A stretch of DNA of 64,000 bases from Clostridia bacterium (GTDB lineage: Bacteria > Bacillota > Clostridia > UMGS1883 > UMGS1540): assembly GCA_045535515.1 (NCBI GenBank), contig JAZSLT010000017.1, positions 8,931-72,930 on the forward strand, given 5' to 3'. The first letter of the stretch is position 1. Each line of letters starts with the position of its first letter. A model generated the notes under the pieces. That model was given only the letters and a program-made list of their open reading frames with translations, did not search any database and was not told the DNA's origin. The translations under genes and the position numbers were made by a program. Of the stretch, positions 52,309 through 62,287 are shown piece after piece.

Positions 52309-53214
52309 CTATAATCTATCTACATAATCGCACGCGGCAAGGGCGGCTATTGCGCCGTCGGCCGCTGCCGTGGCGACCTGACGGATTTTTTTACTCCGGC
52401 AATCGCCTGCGACGAAAATGCCTTCCGTTCCGCTTTTGCAGCTTTCATCCGTTTCGGCATAGCCGTAGGCGTTAAGCTCCAGAACCCCCGAAAACGGCTC
52501 GTTTTGCGGCACAAGGCCAATGGCAACAAACATGCCGTCGGCAGAGATTTCCTCTTCCTTTCCGTTTTCTGTGTTCCTTACGCGCACACCGCGAAAGCCG
52601 TTATCCTCTATAATGGACGCCACAACCGTTTCAAAGCGGACTTCCACATTTTTCTTTTCGAGCAGCTGCACCGAGAGCGCGCGCTCTCCCGTAAAGTCTT
52701 TTAAATTCTGCAGAACATATACCTTTTCGCAAAGCTCAGAAAGGAGAAGTGCCTCCTGCAAGGCGGAATTTCCGCCGCCGACAACCGCTACCGTCTGTCC
52801 TTTGTAAAAGGCCCCGTCGCAAACGGCGCAGAAGGAAATCCCATCGCCGATATACTGCTCCTCATTCGGTATGCCAAGGAGGCGGTGCCGCGCACCAGTG
52901 GCGATGATGACGGCTCGGCCTTCATACACCCCTTCATCGGTGATAACCTTTTTGGGGTTGCCGTTTTCAATTCCTAAAACGGTGCAGCATTCTATCTCCG
53001 CGCCCTGCTCCATTACCTGCTCCGTAAGCTTTTCGGCAAAACCGCTGCCGCTGATGGCGGCAAAGCCGGGAATGTTCTCCACTTTCGGGGAAAAGGTAAC
53101 CTGTCCGCCGAAGGTTTCCTTCTCCAGCACCAAAACGCTCTTCCCTGCACGGCGCGCATATACGGCCGCCGTAAGACCGGCCGGTCCGCCGCCGACAACA
53201 ATAATGTCAAACAT
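52309..53214 (-). CDS. trxB: Thioredoxin-disulfide reductase
   Basis: 301 aa with VVGGGPAG, the redox-active CAVCDG, and GGGNSA. Confidence 0.9.
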   Translation of the reverse strand: MFDIIVVGGGPAGLTAAVYARRAGKSVLVLEKETFGGQVTFSPKVENIPGFAAISGSGFAEKLTEQVMEQGAEIECCTVLGIENGNPKKVITDEGVYEGRAVIIATGARHRLLGIPNEEQYIGDGISFCAVCDGAFYKGQTVAVVGGGNSALQEALLLSELCEKVYVLQNLKDFTGERALSVQLLEKKNVEVRFETVVASIIEDNGFRGVRVRNTENGKEEEISADGMFVAIGLVPQNEPFSGVLELNAYGYAETDESCKSGTEGIFVAGDCRSKKIRQVATAAADGAIAALAACDYVDRL

Positions 53215-53216
53215 AG

Positions 53217-55580
53217 CTACTCCTTCAAAAACTTCTTAATATCGGAAACGCCTGTGTACTTTTCCACCGCGCCATTTTTTACAATCGCCAGCGTGGGTGC
53301 CTGCTTGATGCCGAGCGCTGTGGCCATTTCGGCGTGCTCATCCGCCAACAGCTTTTCGTAGGCAAAGCCGGCCTTGTCAAGCGTCATCGCCGCAACCTTG
53401 CAGTTGGGGCAGGTGGCTGTAGTAAAGAGATACGCGCCGTCCGCTGTGGCCGCCGTCTTTTCCTCTACCTTACATTCGGCCTTTTTATCAAATGTTTTCT
53501 CCGCCGCTCCTGTCACATCGTACACCTTGCGGTCCTTATATTCCTGGCTCTTACCGTCATTCCAGTTCTGTACCGGACGGTAATAACCGGTAATACGGCT
53601 GTAAACTTCTGTTTTTTCGCCACAGGTGGGGCAGGTAAACTGTTCCCCGACGAGATATCCGTGGTTTTTGCAGACGGAATAGGTGGGCGAAAGGGTATAA
53701 TAGGGCAAGCTGTAATTTTCGGCAATCTTTTTCACCAGCGCCGCAGCCGCCTTCCAATCCGGCATTTTTTCGCCGAGGAAGGCATGGAAAACTGTGCCCG
53801 AGGTGTAGAGCGTCTGTAGCTCATCCTGAATATCCAGTGCCGAGAAAATATCGTCGGTATACCCTACGGGGAGGTGCGAGCTGTTTGTGTAATACGGCGT
53901 CTGGTCCTCGCCCTCGGCCGCGGTGATAATGCCGGGGTATTTCTTCTTATCGTGCTTGGCAAGGCGATATGCCGTAGATTCGGCCGGTGTGGCTTCGAGG
54001 TTGTACAAATCGCCGTACTTTTCCTGATAATCCGACAATCTCTCGCGCATGTGGTTTAATACATCCTTTGTAAACTGCTGCACGCGTGCATCCGTAAGGT
54101 CTTTGCCGAGCCATTTGGCATTGAGGCCCACCTCGTTCATACCCACAAGACCAATGGTGGAGAAGTGGTTGTCAAAGGTGCCGAGGTACCGCTTTGTATA
54201 CGGATACAGGCCTTCCTCCAAAAGCTTTGTGATAACGGTACGCTTTACCTTCAAAGAGCGAGCAGCAATATCCATCATTCTGTCAAGCTTTGCATAAAAC
54301 TCCTGCTCATTCTGGGCAAGATACGCAATTCTCGGCATGTTAATCGTGACTACGCCCACCGAGCCGGTGCTTTCGCCGCTACCGAAGAAGCCGCCCGATT
54401 TTTTACGCAGCTCGCGCAGGTCCAGACGAAGGCGGCAGCACATGCTGCGGACATCGCTCGGTTCCATATCGCTGTTGATATAGTTCGAGAAATACGGCGT
54501 GCCGTATTTGGAGGTCATCTCAAAGAGCATACGGTTGTTTTCCGTATCCGACCAGTCAAAATCACGCGTGATGGAATAGGTGGGAATGGGGTACTGGAAG
54601 CCGCGGCCGTTGGCGTCGCCGTCAATCATAATTTCGATAAACGCGCGGTTTACCATATCCATTTCCTTCTGGCAATCCTTATACTTAAAGTCTGCCTCTT
54701 TGCCGCCGATAATGCAGTTAAGCTCTGCCAAATCATTCGGCACCACCCAGTCTAAGGTGATGTTGGAGAAGGGTGCCTGCGTACCCCAGCGGCTGGGGGT
54801 GTTTACGCCATAGATAAAGGACTCAATGCACTTTTTAACCTGGTCGTAGGAAAGGTTGTCCACCTTAACGAAGGGCGCAAGGTAAGTATCAAAAGACGAG
54901 AACGCCTGTGCGCCGGCCCACTCATTTTGCATAATGCCGAGGAAGTTAACCATCTGATTACAGAGCGTGGCCAGATGCTTTGCCGGTGCCGATGTGATTT
55001 TGCCGGGAACGCCGCCGAGGCCTTCCGTAATCAGCTGCTTTAAGGACCAGCCGGCACAGTAGCCCGTCAGCATCGACAGGTCGTGAATATGAATGTCGGC
55101 GTTACGGTGGGCATCGCCGATTTCATCGTCATACACCTCGCTGAGCCAGTAGTTGGCCGTGATGGCGCCGGAGTTACTGAGAATCAGGCCGCCTACCGAG
55201 TAGGTAACGGTGGAGTTTTCCTTTACGCGCCAGTCGTTTATATGCAGGTAGTTATCCACAATCTGCTTATAGTCTAAAAGTGTGGCGCCGAGATTACGGA
55301 TTTTTTCTCTCTGCTTACGGTACAGGATGTAGGCCTTGGCCACCTCATCGTACCCGGCCTTAATCAGAACGGACTCCACGCTGTCCTGAATACACTCTAC
55401 CGTTATACTGTTGTTTTTAATTTTCGGCTCAAATTCGGCCGTAACCTTTAAGGCTAAAAAATCAATGATGTCATTGTTATACTGCTTTTCACAGGCGTCA
55501 AAGGCTTGCTGTATGGCGCCGCTGATTTTATTCAGCTTAAAGTCGACGGTTTTGCCGTCTCTTTTAATTACATTATACAT
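53217..55580 (-). CDS. nrdD: Anaerobic (class III) ribonucleoside-triphosphate reductase with a C-terminal thioredoxin/NrdH-like domain
   Basis: 787 aa with an N-terminal ATP-cone, the Zn ribbon CPTCGEKT, and the glycyl-radical motif RITGYY. About 75 extra C-terminal residues carry CPNC and the segment KQAPTLAIVKNG. Confidence 0.85.
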   Translation of the reverse strand: MYNVIKRDGKTVDFKLNKISGAIQQAFDACEKQYNNDIIDFLALKVTAEFEPKIKNNSITVECIQDSVESVLIKAGYDEVAKAYILYRKQREKIRNLGATLLDYKQIVDNYLHINDWRVKENSTVTYSVGGLILSNSGAITANYWLSEVYDDEIGDAHRNADIHIHDLSMLTGYCAGWSLKQLITEGLGGVPGKITSAPAKHLATLCNQMVNFLGIMQNEWAGAQAFSSFDTYLAPFVKVDNLSYDQVKKCIESFIYGVNTPSRWGTQAPFSNITLDWVVPNDLAELNCIIGGKEADFKYKDCQKEMDMVNRAFIEIMIDGDANGRGFQYPIPTYSITRDFDWSDTENNRMLFEMTSKYGTPYFSNYINSDMEPSDVRSMCCRLRLDLRELRKKSGGFFGSGESTGSVGVVTINMPRIAYLAQNEQEFYAKLDRMMDIAARSLKVKRTVITKLLEEGLYPYTKRYLGTFDNHFSTIGLVGMNEVGLNAKWLGKDLTDARVQQFTKDVLNHMRERLSDYQEKYGDLYNLEATPAESTAYRLAKHDKKKYPGIITAAEGEDQTPYYTNSSHLPVGYTDDIFSALDIQDELQTLYTSGTVFHAFLGEKMPDWKAAAALVKKIAENYSLPYYTLSPTYSVCKNHGYLVGEQFTCPTCGEKTEVYSRITGYYRPVQNWNDGKSQEYKDRKVYDVTGAAEKTFDKKAECKVEEKTAATADGAYLFTTATCPNCKVAAMTLDKAGFAYEKLLADEHAEMATALGIKQAPTLAIVKNGAVEKYTGVSDIKKFLKE

Positions 55581-55613
55581 TCCAATTCCTCCCCTTTTTT
55601 GGTTTCTGTTGCC

Positions 55614-55665
55614 ATTATACCATATATAGGGTATGATGTCAAGAATTTTTTACATATATTGTGTT
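55614..55665 (-). promoter_or_regulatory. nrdD promoter with two NrdR-box-like palindromes
   Basis: On the minus strand: TTGACA (55637-55642), 17 nt, TATAAT (55614-55619). Palindromes are ATACCATATATAGGGTAT (55617-55634) and TACATATATTGTGT (55651-55664), with centres about 32 bp apart. Confidence 0.6.
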
Positions 55666-56354
55666 TAAAGTCCGCGAAGCGCTACATTTGGTACAAAGGG
55701 AGCGGCCGCATGGCGCATTCTTATCATGTTTTCCGCGCTGTGCGGTGAAAAACCTTCCCCGATTAAATGGCCGGAATCCACAAAATTCTGGAGGAAAAAG
55801 GCACGGGCGCCTCGTATGCGGCGCGCTATTTTTTCAATATCCTCCTCCGTATGCAGCTCGCGGACTACCGTGGTGCGAAACTCATAGTCCACCCTCTCCG
55901 AAAGCAAAAGGTCGATGCTTTTTTCTATCTTTTCCATATCCACCGGCACCCCTGTCGCGGAGGCATATTTCTCGGCACAGCTTTTTATGTCCATCGCCAC
56001 ATAATCCACAAGGCCTTCCTCTATCAGCGCTTCAAGCTTTTCGGGGAAGCTTCCGTTTGTGTCCAGCTTGACGGAAAAGCCCATGGTCTTGATTTTTCGT
56101 ATAAACTCCGCGATGTCCGCACAAAGCAGCGGCTCGCCGCCCGATACGCAAACGCCGTCCAGTATTCCCGTTCGTTTCTCTAAAAAACGGAAGAATTCCT
56201 TTTCGTCTATCTGTGCCGCGGCGTCGATATCCAAAACGAGCGACGCGTTATGACAAAACGGGCAACGGAAATTGCATCCCCCTGTAAACACCGTACAGGC
56301 GGTATGGCCCGGATAATCTAAAAGTGTAAGCTTTTGCAGTCCAAAAAGTTTCAT
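55665..56354 (-). CDS. nrdG: Anaerobic ribonucleotide reductase activating protein (radical SAM)
   Basis: 229 aa with the CNFRCPFCHN radical-SAM cluster motif and GVCVSGGEP. Confidence 0.85.
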   Translation of the reverse strand: MKLFGLQKLTLLDYPGHTACTVFTGGCNFRCPFCHNASLVLDIDAAAQIDEKEFFRFLEKRTGILDGVCVSGGEPLLCADIAEFIRKIKTMGFSVKLDTNGSFPEKLEALIEEGLVDYVAMDIKSCAEKYASATGVPVDMEKIEKSIDLLLSERVDYEFRTTVVRELHTEEDIEKIARRIRGARAFFLQNFVDSGHLIGEGFSPHSAENMIRMRHAAAPFVPNVALRGL

Positions 56355-56442
56355 TTTTCTCCCCCCTCATTTAGTTATACCACAAAGGACAAATCCCGTC
56401 AAGAGGATTGCCCGGATTTCTCCCTCTGTGGCGGCGGCCGGC

Positions 56443-56471
56443 TTGACAAAAGCGGAAAAGAGGCGTATAAT
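56443..56471 (+). promoter_or_regulatory. Consensus sigma-A promoter of copA
   Basis: TTGACA (56443-56448), 17 nt, TATAAT (56466-56471). Confidence 0.7.
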
Positions 56472-56516
56472 CACTATAGAAAAAGGAAATAAAGGAAGAG
56501 AAAGGAGGCCGGTCGC

Positions 56517-58979
56517 ATGGAAAAATATGATGTTTCGGGCATGCACTGTGCAGCCTGCAGTGCGCGGGTGGAAAAGGCGGTAATGGCTGTGAAGGGCGTT
56601 ACGGCCTGTACTGTCAGCCTGCTGACAAATTCTATGACCGTAGAAGGCACCGCAGACGATATCGCCATCATAAATGCCGTGGAGAAAGCCGGCTATACGG
56701 CAGAGAAAGCAGGCGGCGAAAAACGGGCGGCAGGCGAAGAAAATACGGAAAAGGATGCGGAAGTGGCGCGCGTTCGGATGCGGCTTATCCTCTCCTCTTT
56801 CTTTCTCCTGCCCCTTATGTACCTTTCGATGGGACACACCATGCTCTCTCTCCCCGTCCCGTCGTTTTTAGAAGGAAACCCGATTGCGGTCGCGCTTTTA
56901 CAGCTCCTTTTTTCCGGCATTATTCTGGTGCTAAGCAGAAGCTTCTTTATAAACGGAGCACTTGGCCTTATCCGCCGCGCGCCGAATATGGATACACTCG
57001 TCGCGCTTGGCAGCGGCGCCTCTTTCCTGTACAGCACCTGCCTGACCTTTTTGATGACGCGGTCCTCTTCCCCCATGGCGCTTTTGCATGGACTCTACTT
57101 TGAATCGGCCGCTATGATTTTAGTGCTGATTACAGTAGGAAAAATGCTGGAGGCGCGGGCGAAGGGGAAAACAACAGATGCGCTGCGCGGTCTTGTCCGG
57201 CTTGCACCAAGGACAGCCATCCTATGGCAAAACGGTGTGGAAACCGAGGTGCCGCTGGAAAAAATCCAAAAGGGTGATATTTTTATCGTAAAAAGCGGCG
57301 CCCATATTCCGGCTGACGGGGAAATTATAGAAGGGTACGCCACCATAAACGAGGCGGCTCTCACCGGCGAAAGCATGCCGGCCGAAAAGAGCGCCGGTGC
57401 GCCTGTCTTTACCGGGACGACCTGCAGCACCGGCTATATCCGGTGCCGCGCCACCGCCACAGGTGAGGATACTACGCTTTCGCAAATCATCGCGCTCGTT
57501 TCGTCAGCCGCGGCCTCCAAGGCGCCGATTGCTAAAATGGCCGACCGCGTTTCCGGCGTATTTGTACCGATTGTACTTGCCGTCGCCTTCTTATCCGCGT
57601 TTCTCTGGCTCCTTCTGGGGCAAAGCATTGGTTTTGCGCTGACAAGGGCCATTTCCGTTTTGGTTATCAGCTGCCCGTGTGCGCTGGGGCTGGCTACACC
57701 GGTTGCGATTATGGTGGGCAGCGGCGTAGGCGCGAAAAACGGTATTCTTTTTAAGACGGCCGCTTCGCTTGAAATGGCAGGACGCATCTCGATTGTGGCG
57801 CTGGATAAAACAGGTACTATCACGACCGGCACGCCCGTAGTGACCGATATTCTCCCCGAAGAAGGCATAACGGAAAGGGAGCTTCTCACACTTTGCTGTT
57901 CACTGGAGGCGAAAAGTGAGCATCCGCTTTCCCGTGCTATTTTGAAAAAAGCCGAGGAGATGGCGCTTTCTCCCTACGCGGCCGAGGATTTTACCGTGCA
58001 TGCCGGCGGCGGCTTATCCGCGCGCATAAATGGCAAGCCCGCCTTTTTCGGCAATCTTCGCTTTTTGGAAAAACAGGTGGGCGATGTCGGTCTTTTCGCG
58101 GCGCAGGCGGACCGGCTGGCTGCGGAAGGAAAAACGCCGCTCTTTTTCGTATATGACGGCGCACCCTTTGGTATTGTGGCCGTACAGGATGCGCCGAAGG
58201 AAGACAGCAAAAGGGCGATTGCCGCTCTTCGTAAAATGGGCATTTATACCGTTATGCTTACGGGCGACACAGAAAAAACCGCCCGCGCCGTAGCCGGAGC
58301 CGTGGGCGTGGACGAAGTAATTGCCGATGTTATGCCACACGAGAAGGAGGCGCACCTTCGCGCACTTTGCCATCGTGGCAAAACGGCCATGGTCGGGGAT
58401 GGCATTAACGATGCACCGGCTCTTTGCCGCGCCGACCTTGGTATGGCGATTGGCGCCGGCACGGATATTGCGATAGATGCGGCCGATGTGGTGCTGATGC
58501 GAAGCCAGCTTTCAGACGCGGTGGCCGCTATCCGTCTCGGGCGGGGGACCTTACGGAACATCCGCGAAAATCTGTTCTGGGCATTTATTTATAATACGCT
58601 TGGTATTCCGCTGGCGGCCGGTGCATTTTTGCCGCTTTGGGGCATAGAGCTTAGCCCGATGCTGGGTGCCCTGTTTATGAGCCTTTCGAGCTTCTCGGTG
58701 GTCAGCAACGCCTTGCGTTTGTATTCATTGTCTATATATGATGTGAAAACAAAAAAAAGAAAGGGGAAGGGACAAATGGAAAAGGTATTAAAGATTGAAG
58801 GTATGATGTGTCCGCATTGTGAGGGACGCGTACAGAAGGCGCTGGAGGCGCTCCCCGGTGTGGAGAAGGCCGTTTGCAGCCACGAAAGCGGTACGGCGCG
58901 CCTTACACTTTCCGATGTTGTTTCCGATGCCGTTTTATGTGAGACGGTGCGGGCCGAGGGGTACGAGGTACAGCTGTAA
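56517..58979 (+). CDS. copA: Copper-translocating P1B-type ATPase with N-terminal and C-terminal HMA domains
   Basis: Contains GMHCAACS (N-terminal HMA), CPC, DKTGT and GDGINDAP. A C-terminal HMA (GMMCPHCEG) is read in-frame. Confidence 0.9.
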   Translation: MEKYDVSGMHCAACSARVEKAVMAVKGVTACTVSLLTNSMTVEGTADDIAIINAVEKAGYTAEKAGGEKRAAGEENTEKDAEVARVRMRLILSSFFLLPLMYLSMGHTMLSLPVPSFLEGNPIAVALLQLLFSGIILVLSRSFFINGALGLIRRAPNMDTLVALGSGASFLYSTCLTFLMTRSSSPMALLHGLYFESAAMILVLITVGKMLEARAKGKTTDALRGLVRLAPRTAILWQNGVETEVPLEKIQKGDIFIVKSGAHIPADGEIIEGYATINEAALTGESMPAEKSAGAPVFTGTTCSTGYIRCRATATGEDTTLSQIIALVSSAAASKAPIAKMADRVSGVFVPIVLAVAFLSAFLWLLLGQSIGFALTRAISVLVISCPCALGLATPVAIMVGSGVGAKNGILFKTAASLEMAGRISIVALDKTGTITTGTPVVTDILPEEGITERELLTLCCSLEAKSEHPLSRAILKKAEEMALSPYAAEDFTVHAGGGLSARINGKPAFFGNLRFLEKQVGDVGLFAAQADRLAAEGKTPLFFVYDGAPFGIVAVQDAPKEDSKRAIAALRKMGIYTVMLTGDTEKTARAVAGAVGVDEVIADVMPHEKEAHLRALCHRGKTAMVGDGINDAPALCRADLGMAIGAGTDIAIDAADVVLMRSQLSDAVAAIRLGRGTLRNIRENLFWAFIYNTLGIPLAAGAFLPLWGIELSPMLGALFMSLSSFSVVSNALRLYSLSIYDVKTKKRKGKGQMEKVLKIEGMMCPHCEGRVQKALEALPGVEKAVCSHESGTARLTLSDVVSDAVLCETVRAEGYEVQL

Positions 58980-58991
58980 TCAGACAGTGAA

Positions 58992-59021
58992 AAGGGGTCG
59001 GTTCCTTGGAACCGACCCCTT
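58992..59021. terminator. Bidirectional terminator between copA and ftsZ
   Basis: A 14-bp stem AAGGGGTCGGTTCC / GGAACCGACCCCTT with a 2-nt loop. Confidence 0.75.
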
Positions 59022-59034
59022 CTTCTTATTCATT

Positions 59035-60129
59035 TTAAAAATCCATATTAGACTTACGCATGAAGTCCGGCAGCTGCAGGTCCTCGGAACCGAAGTTCGT
59101 CGGCTCAGCCGGCGTCTGCGGTGTGATGCCTCTCGTCTTATCAAAGGTAGGCACCTTCAGGTCCTCTAAATCCTGCTTTCTGGCAGACTGACAACCGGTG
59201 GCAATTACCGTAATGGAAATCTCGTCACCCATCGCCTCGTCAATCGCCATGCCGAAGATAACCTCCGCATTGGCATCGGCGCAGTTATGTATGAGGTTTG
59301 CCGCTGCATTTACCTCCAGAAGCGTCAGCTCTTCGCCGCCGGTTACATTAATCAAAATACCGGTTGCGCCATCAATAGAGGTTTCGAGAAGCGGGCTTGC
59401 AATAGCCATGCGTGCCGCTTCCTCGGCGCGATTGTCGCCGCCTGCGCGACCGATACCCATGTGGGCATAGCCTGCATCCTTCATAATTCTCGTCACATCG
59501 GCAAAGTCGGCATTCATATCGCCGGCCGTGTTGATAAGCTCAGATATGCCGGATACACCCTGGCGGAGTGTTTCGTCAGCCATTTTAAAGGCTTCCTTAA
59601 TTGTGGTCTTGGCGCTGCAAAGCTGCAGAAGCTTTTCGTTCGGGATAACAATAATCGTATCCACCGACTCGCGAAGTGCCGCGATGCCTTCCTCAGCCTG
59701 ATTCATACGATGCTTCATTTCAAAGGAGAAGGGCTTGGTTACAATACCTACCGTTAAAATACCTTTTTCTTTGGCGATAGAAGCCACAACAGGTGCCGCG
59801 CCCGTTCCTGTGCCGCCACCCATACCGGCCGTTACAAATACCATATCCGCATCTTCCAAAACCTTCTCGATTTCCGCGCGGCTTTCCTCTGCCGCCTTGC
59901 GACCGATATCGGGATTGGCGCCTGCGCCTTGTCCTTTTGTAATCTTTTCACCTATCTGAATTTTTGTCTGGGCCTTTGAGCAAGCCAGCGCCTGCTTATC
60001 GGTGTTAATGGCCACAAATTCTACGCCACGAATGCCGCTTTCCACCATTCGGTTTACTGCGTTGCCGCCACCGCCGCCTACGCCGACTACTTTAATAACC
60101 TGCGCTAAATTCATATCCTCAATCGCCAT
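59035..60129 (-). CDS. ftsZ: Cell division protein FtsZ
   Basis: Contains [13 protein letters not shown] and the [11 protein letters not shown] tubulin signature. Confidence 0.95.
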   Translation of the reverse strand: MAIEDMNLAQVIKVVGVGGGGGNAVNRMVESGIRGVEFVAINTDKQALACSKAQTKIQIGEKITKGQGAGANPDIGRKAAEESRAEIEKVLEDADMVFVTAGMGGGTGTGAAPVVASIAKEKGILTVGIVTKPFSFEMKHRMNQAEEGIAALRESVDTIIVIPNEKLLQLCSAKTTIKEAFKMADETLRQGVSGISELINTAGDMNADFADVTRIMKDAGYAHMGIGRAGGDNRAEEAARMAIASPLLETSIDGATGILINVTGGEELTLLEVNAAANLIHNCADANAEVIFGMAIDEAMGDEISITVIATGCQSARKQDLEDLKVPTFDKTRGITPQTPAEPTNFGSEDLQLPDFMRKSNMDF

Positions 60130-60226
60130 GATTTATCCTCCTTAGTCTTTATCTACTTTATTGTATCTCTTTTTGCGCATTTATGCAAGAGAATTTTAAA
60201 AATTTTTCTGTTTTTTTGAAATTATT

Positions 60227-60961
60227 TCAGTTTTTGCTCTGTCTGTACGAAAATTGTCCCTCGCTTGTCCATCGCAAAACGCCGCTGCTGTCCTTATTGA
60301 TGCCGGCATGGCCGCCGCCTAAGATGCTGCGGCAAAGCTGGAGTTTATAAGAAAGCTCGTCCATGTCCCCCAAATGAATTTCCAGCCCGTTTTTCGTTTC
60401 CAATATAATATCCACAGAGGAGGACAGGCGGATATAGCGAAGCTCCGCTCCCACATCCTCTTTTTCGAGCGCCCCCAAAAGTGTGATAAGGTCCTCGCAA
60501 AAACGCTCATTTTTGGTGACTATCTTCTGTCCCGGACACGCCTCCAGCACCTCGCCGCCCGTGACTAAAATGCCATCCTTTTCTTCTATGCTCACTCGGA
60601 GCACCCTTCCTGTCGCATCCACAATCGCGTACCCGCCGGGACATTCCACCGCCGCCGCCTCTTCGCGCTCCGTTATTTCTATCCGCACTCTGGCAGGGAA
60701 CCGTCTTTTTGCCTCGGCCTCCCGGATGTAAGGCAGCGCCTCAATCCGCTCCTCGGCCTTCTTCATAGACACACGATAGGTGTTTGTCCCAATAGGAATA
60801 CCCGCGGCCCCAAGGATTTCTCCCGTGGCCGTATGGGTGTTCCCCGTGACAGTTACCGAAGTAATGTTCAGTACCGGCGTGGTGAATGTAACTGCCACGG
60901 CGATTATGAATAATAGAATCAGTATGAAAATACCGCCTCTGCTCCTTTGTTTTCCTGCCAT
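60227..60961 (-). CDS. ftsQ: Cell division protein FtsQ/DivIB (POTRA)
   Basis: 244 aa with an N-terminal TM segment, then a POTRA-like segment (ITSVTVTGNTHTATGEI), in dcw context. Confidence 0.7.
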   Translation of the reverse strand: MAGKQRSRGGIFILILLFIIAVAVTFTTPVLNITSVTVTGNTHTATGEILGAAGIPIGTNTYRVSMKKAEERIEALPYIREAEAKRRFPARVRIEITEREEAAAVECPGGYAIVDATGRVLRVSIEEKDGILVTGGEVLEACPGQKIVTKNERFCEDLITLLGALEKEDVGAELRYIRLSSSVDIILETKNGLEIHLGDMDELSYKLQLCRSILGGGHAGINKDSSGVLRWTSEGQFSYRQSKN

Positions 60962-60973
60962 AGCCTTCTCCTG

Positions 60974-62224
60974 TTATATTCTTTTGATTTGGGCGCCCAG
61001 CGCCTGCATATCTTCTATAAATGTGTCATAGCCACGGTCGATGTGTGCTGTGCCGCTGACCTCCGTAACGCCTCGGGCCGCCAGCCCCGCCAAAACGAGT
61101 GCCGCGCCGCCGCGAAGCTCCATCGCCTCCACCTTCGCCCCCGTAAGATACGGCACGCCGCGGATAACCGCAATACTGCCGCGCGTTGTAATATCGGCAC
61201 CCATAAGGCTGAGTGCAGTACAATGCTTGAAACGATTTTCGAAGATTGTTTCCTCTACCATGCTGGTTCCGTCTGCTATGGTGAGCATGGCCGTAATCAG
61301 CGCCTGGGCATCCGTAGGAAAACCGGGATACGGCATGGTGCGGAGGAATTTTATGGGAGAAAGACGCGCCGGTGCGGCCAGGAAAATCCTGTCGCCCTTC
61401 ACCTCTACGCGTGCGCCTGCATCCCGCAGCACATCCAAAACGGCCCCGATATGCGAAGGCTCGGCACCGGAAAGCTCCATCCTGCCGCCCGTCATCGCGC
61501 CGGCGCAAAGGTAGGTGGCCGCCACAATCCTGTCGGGAATCACGGTATGCTCCGCGCCTCTAAGGCGTTCTACGCCCCGTATGACAATCACATCGGTTCC
61601 GGCACCCGAGATTTTTGCTCCCATTTTGTTGAGGAAATTCTGCAGGTCGCAAATCTCCGGCTCCTTGGCCGCATTGGTTAAAATGGTTTCACCGTGGGCC
61701 AGCGCCGCGGCCATCATCAGATTTTCCGTAGCCCCTACGCTTGGGAACTCCAGATGTACCCGGGCACCTGAAAAAGCTTCTGTTTTTGCCCGTACATGCC
61801 CGCCCTTTTCTGTTATCGCAATTCCGATTTTCCGAAGCGCCTTGATATGTAAATCAATCGGCCTCGGTCCCAGCTCGCAGCCGCCGGGAAAGCTCATTTC
61901 TGCCTGCCCGCATCTGGCGGTCATCGCTCCTAAAAAGGTGATGGACGAGCGCATTTTATGCATCAGCGTATCGGGAATTTTGCTGGACGAGAGGCCGGTG
62001 GCATCCACCAATACCGCATCGCCCTCCCGCTTGCATTTGCAGCCCACGCTTTTCAGTATCTCCAAAGAGCAGTCCACATCATTTAAATTCGGGCAGCCGC
62101 GGATAATGCTTACCCCTTCGCCCAGCACGGTGGCCGCCAAAATCGGCAGTACGGAATTTTTGGCGCCCTGCACCCTTGTACTGCCCACCAGCGGAACACC
62201 GCCGGTTATCTCTATTTTATACAT
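60974..62224 (-). CDS. murA: UDP-N-acetylglucosamine 1-carboxyvinyltransferase
   Basis: Contains VQGAKNS near the N-terminus and a FPGGCELGPRPIDLH segment (active-site Cys). Start moved to the ATG at 62224, which follows GGAGGTG. Confidence 0.9.
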   Translation of the reverse strand: MYKIEITGGVPLVGSTRVQGAKNSVLPILAATVLGEGVSIIRGCPNLNDVDCSLEILKSVGCKCKREGDAVLVDATGLSSSKIPDTLMHKMRSSITFLGAMTARCGQAEMSFPGGCELGPRPIDLHIKALRKIGIAITEKGGHVRAKTEAFSGARVHLEFPSVGATENLMMAAALAHGETILTNAAKEPEICDLQNFLNKMGAKISGAGTDVIVIRGVERLRGAEHTVIPDRIVAATYLCAGAMTGGRMELSGAEPSHIGAVLDVLRDAGARVEVKGDRIFLAAPARLSPIKFLRTMPYPGFPTDAQALITAMLTIADGTSMVEETIFENRFKHCTALSLMGADITTRGSIAVIRGVPYLTGAKVEAMELRGGAALVLAGLAARGVTEVSGTAHIDRGYDTFIEDMQALGAQIKRI

Positions 62225-62287
62225 TCTGCACCTCCATAGTATGGAAAAACATTCGCATTTCATACTATGCGGTGTGTGTCCTTCTTG

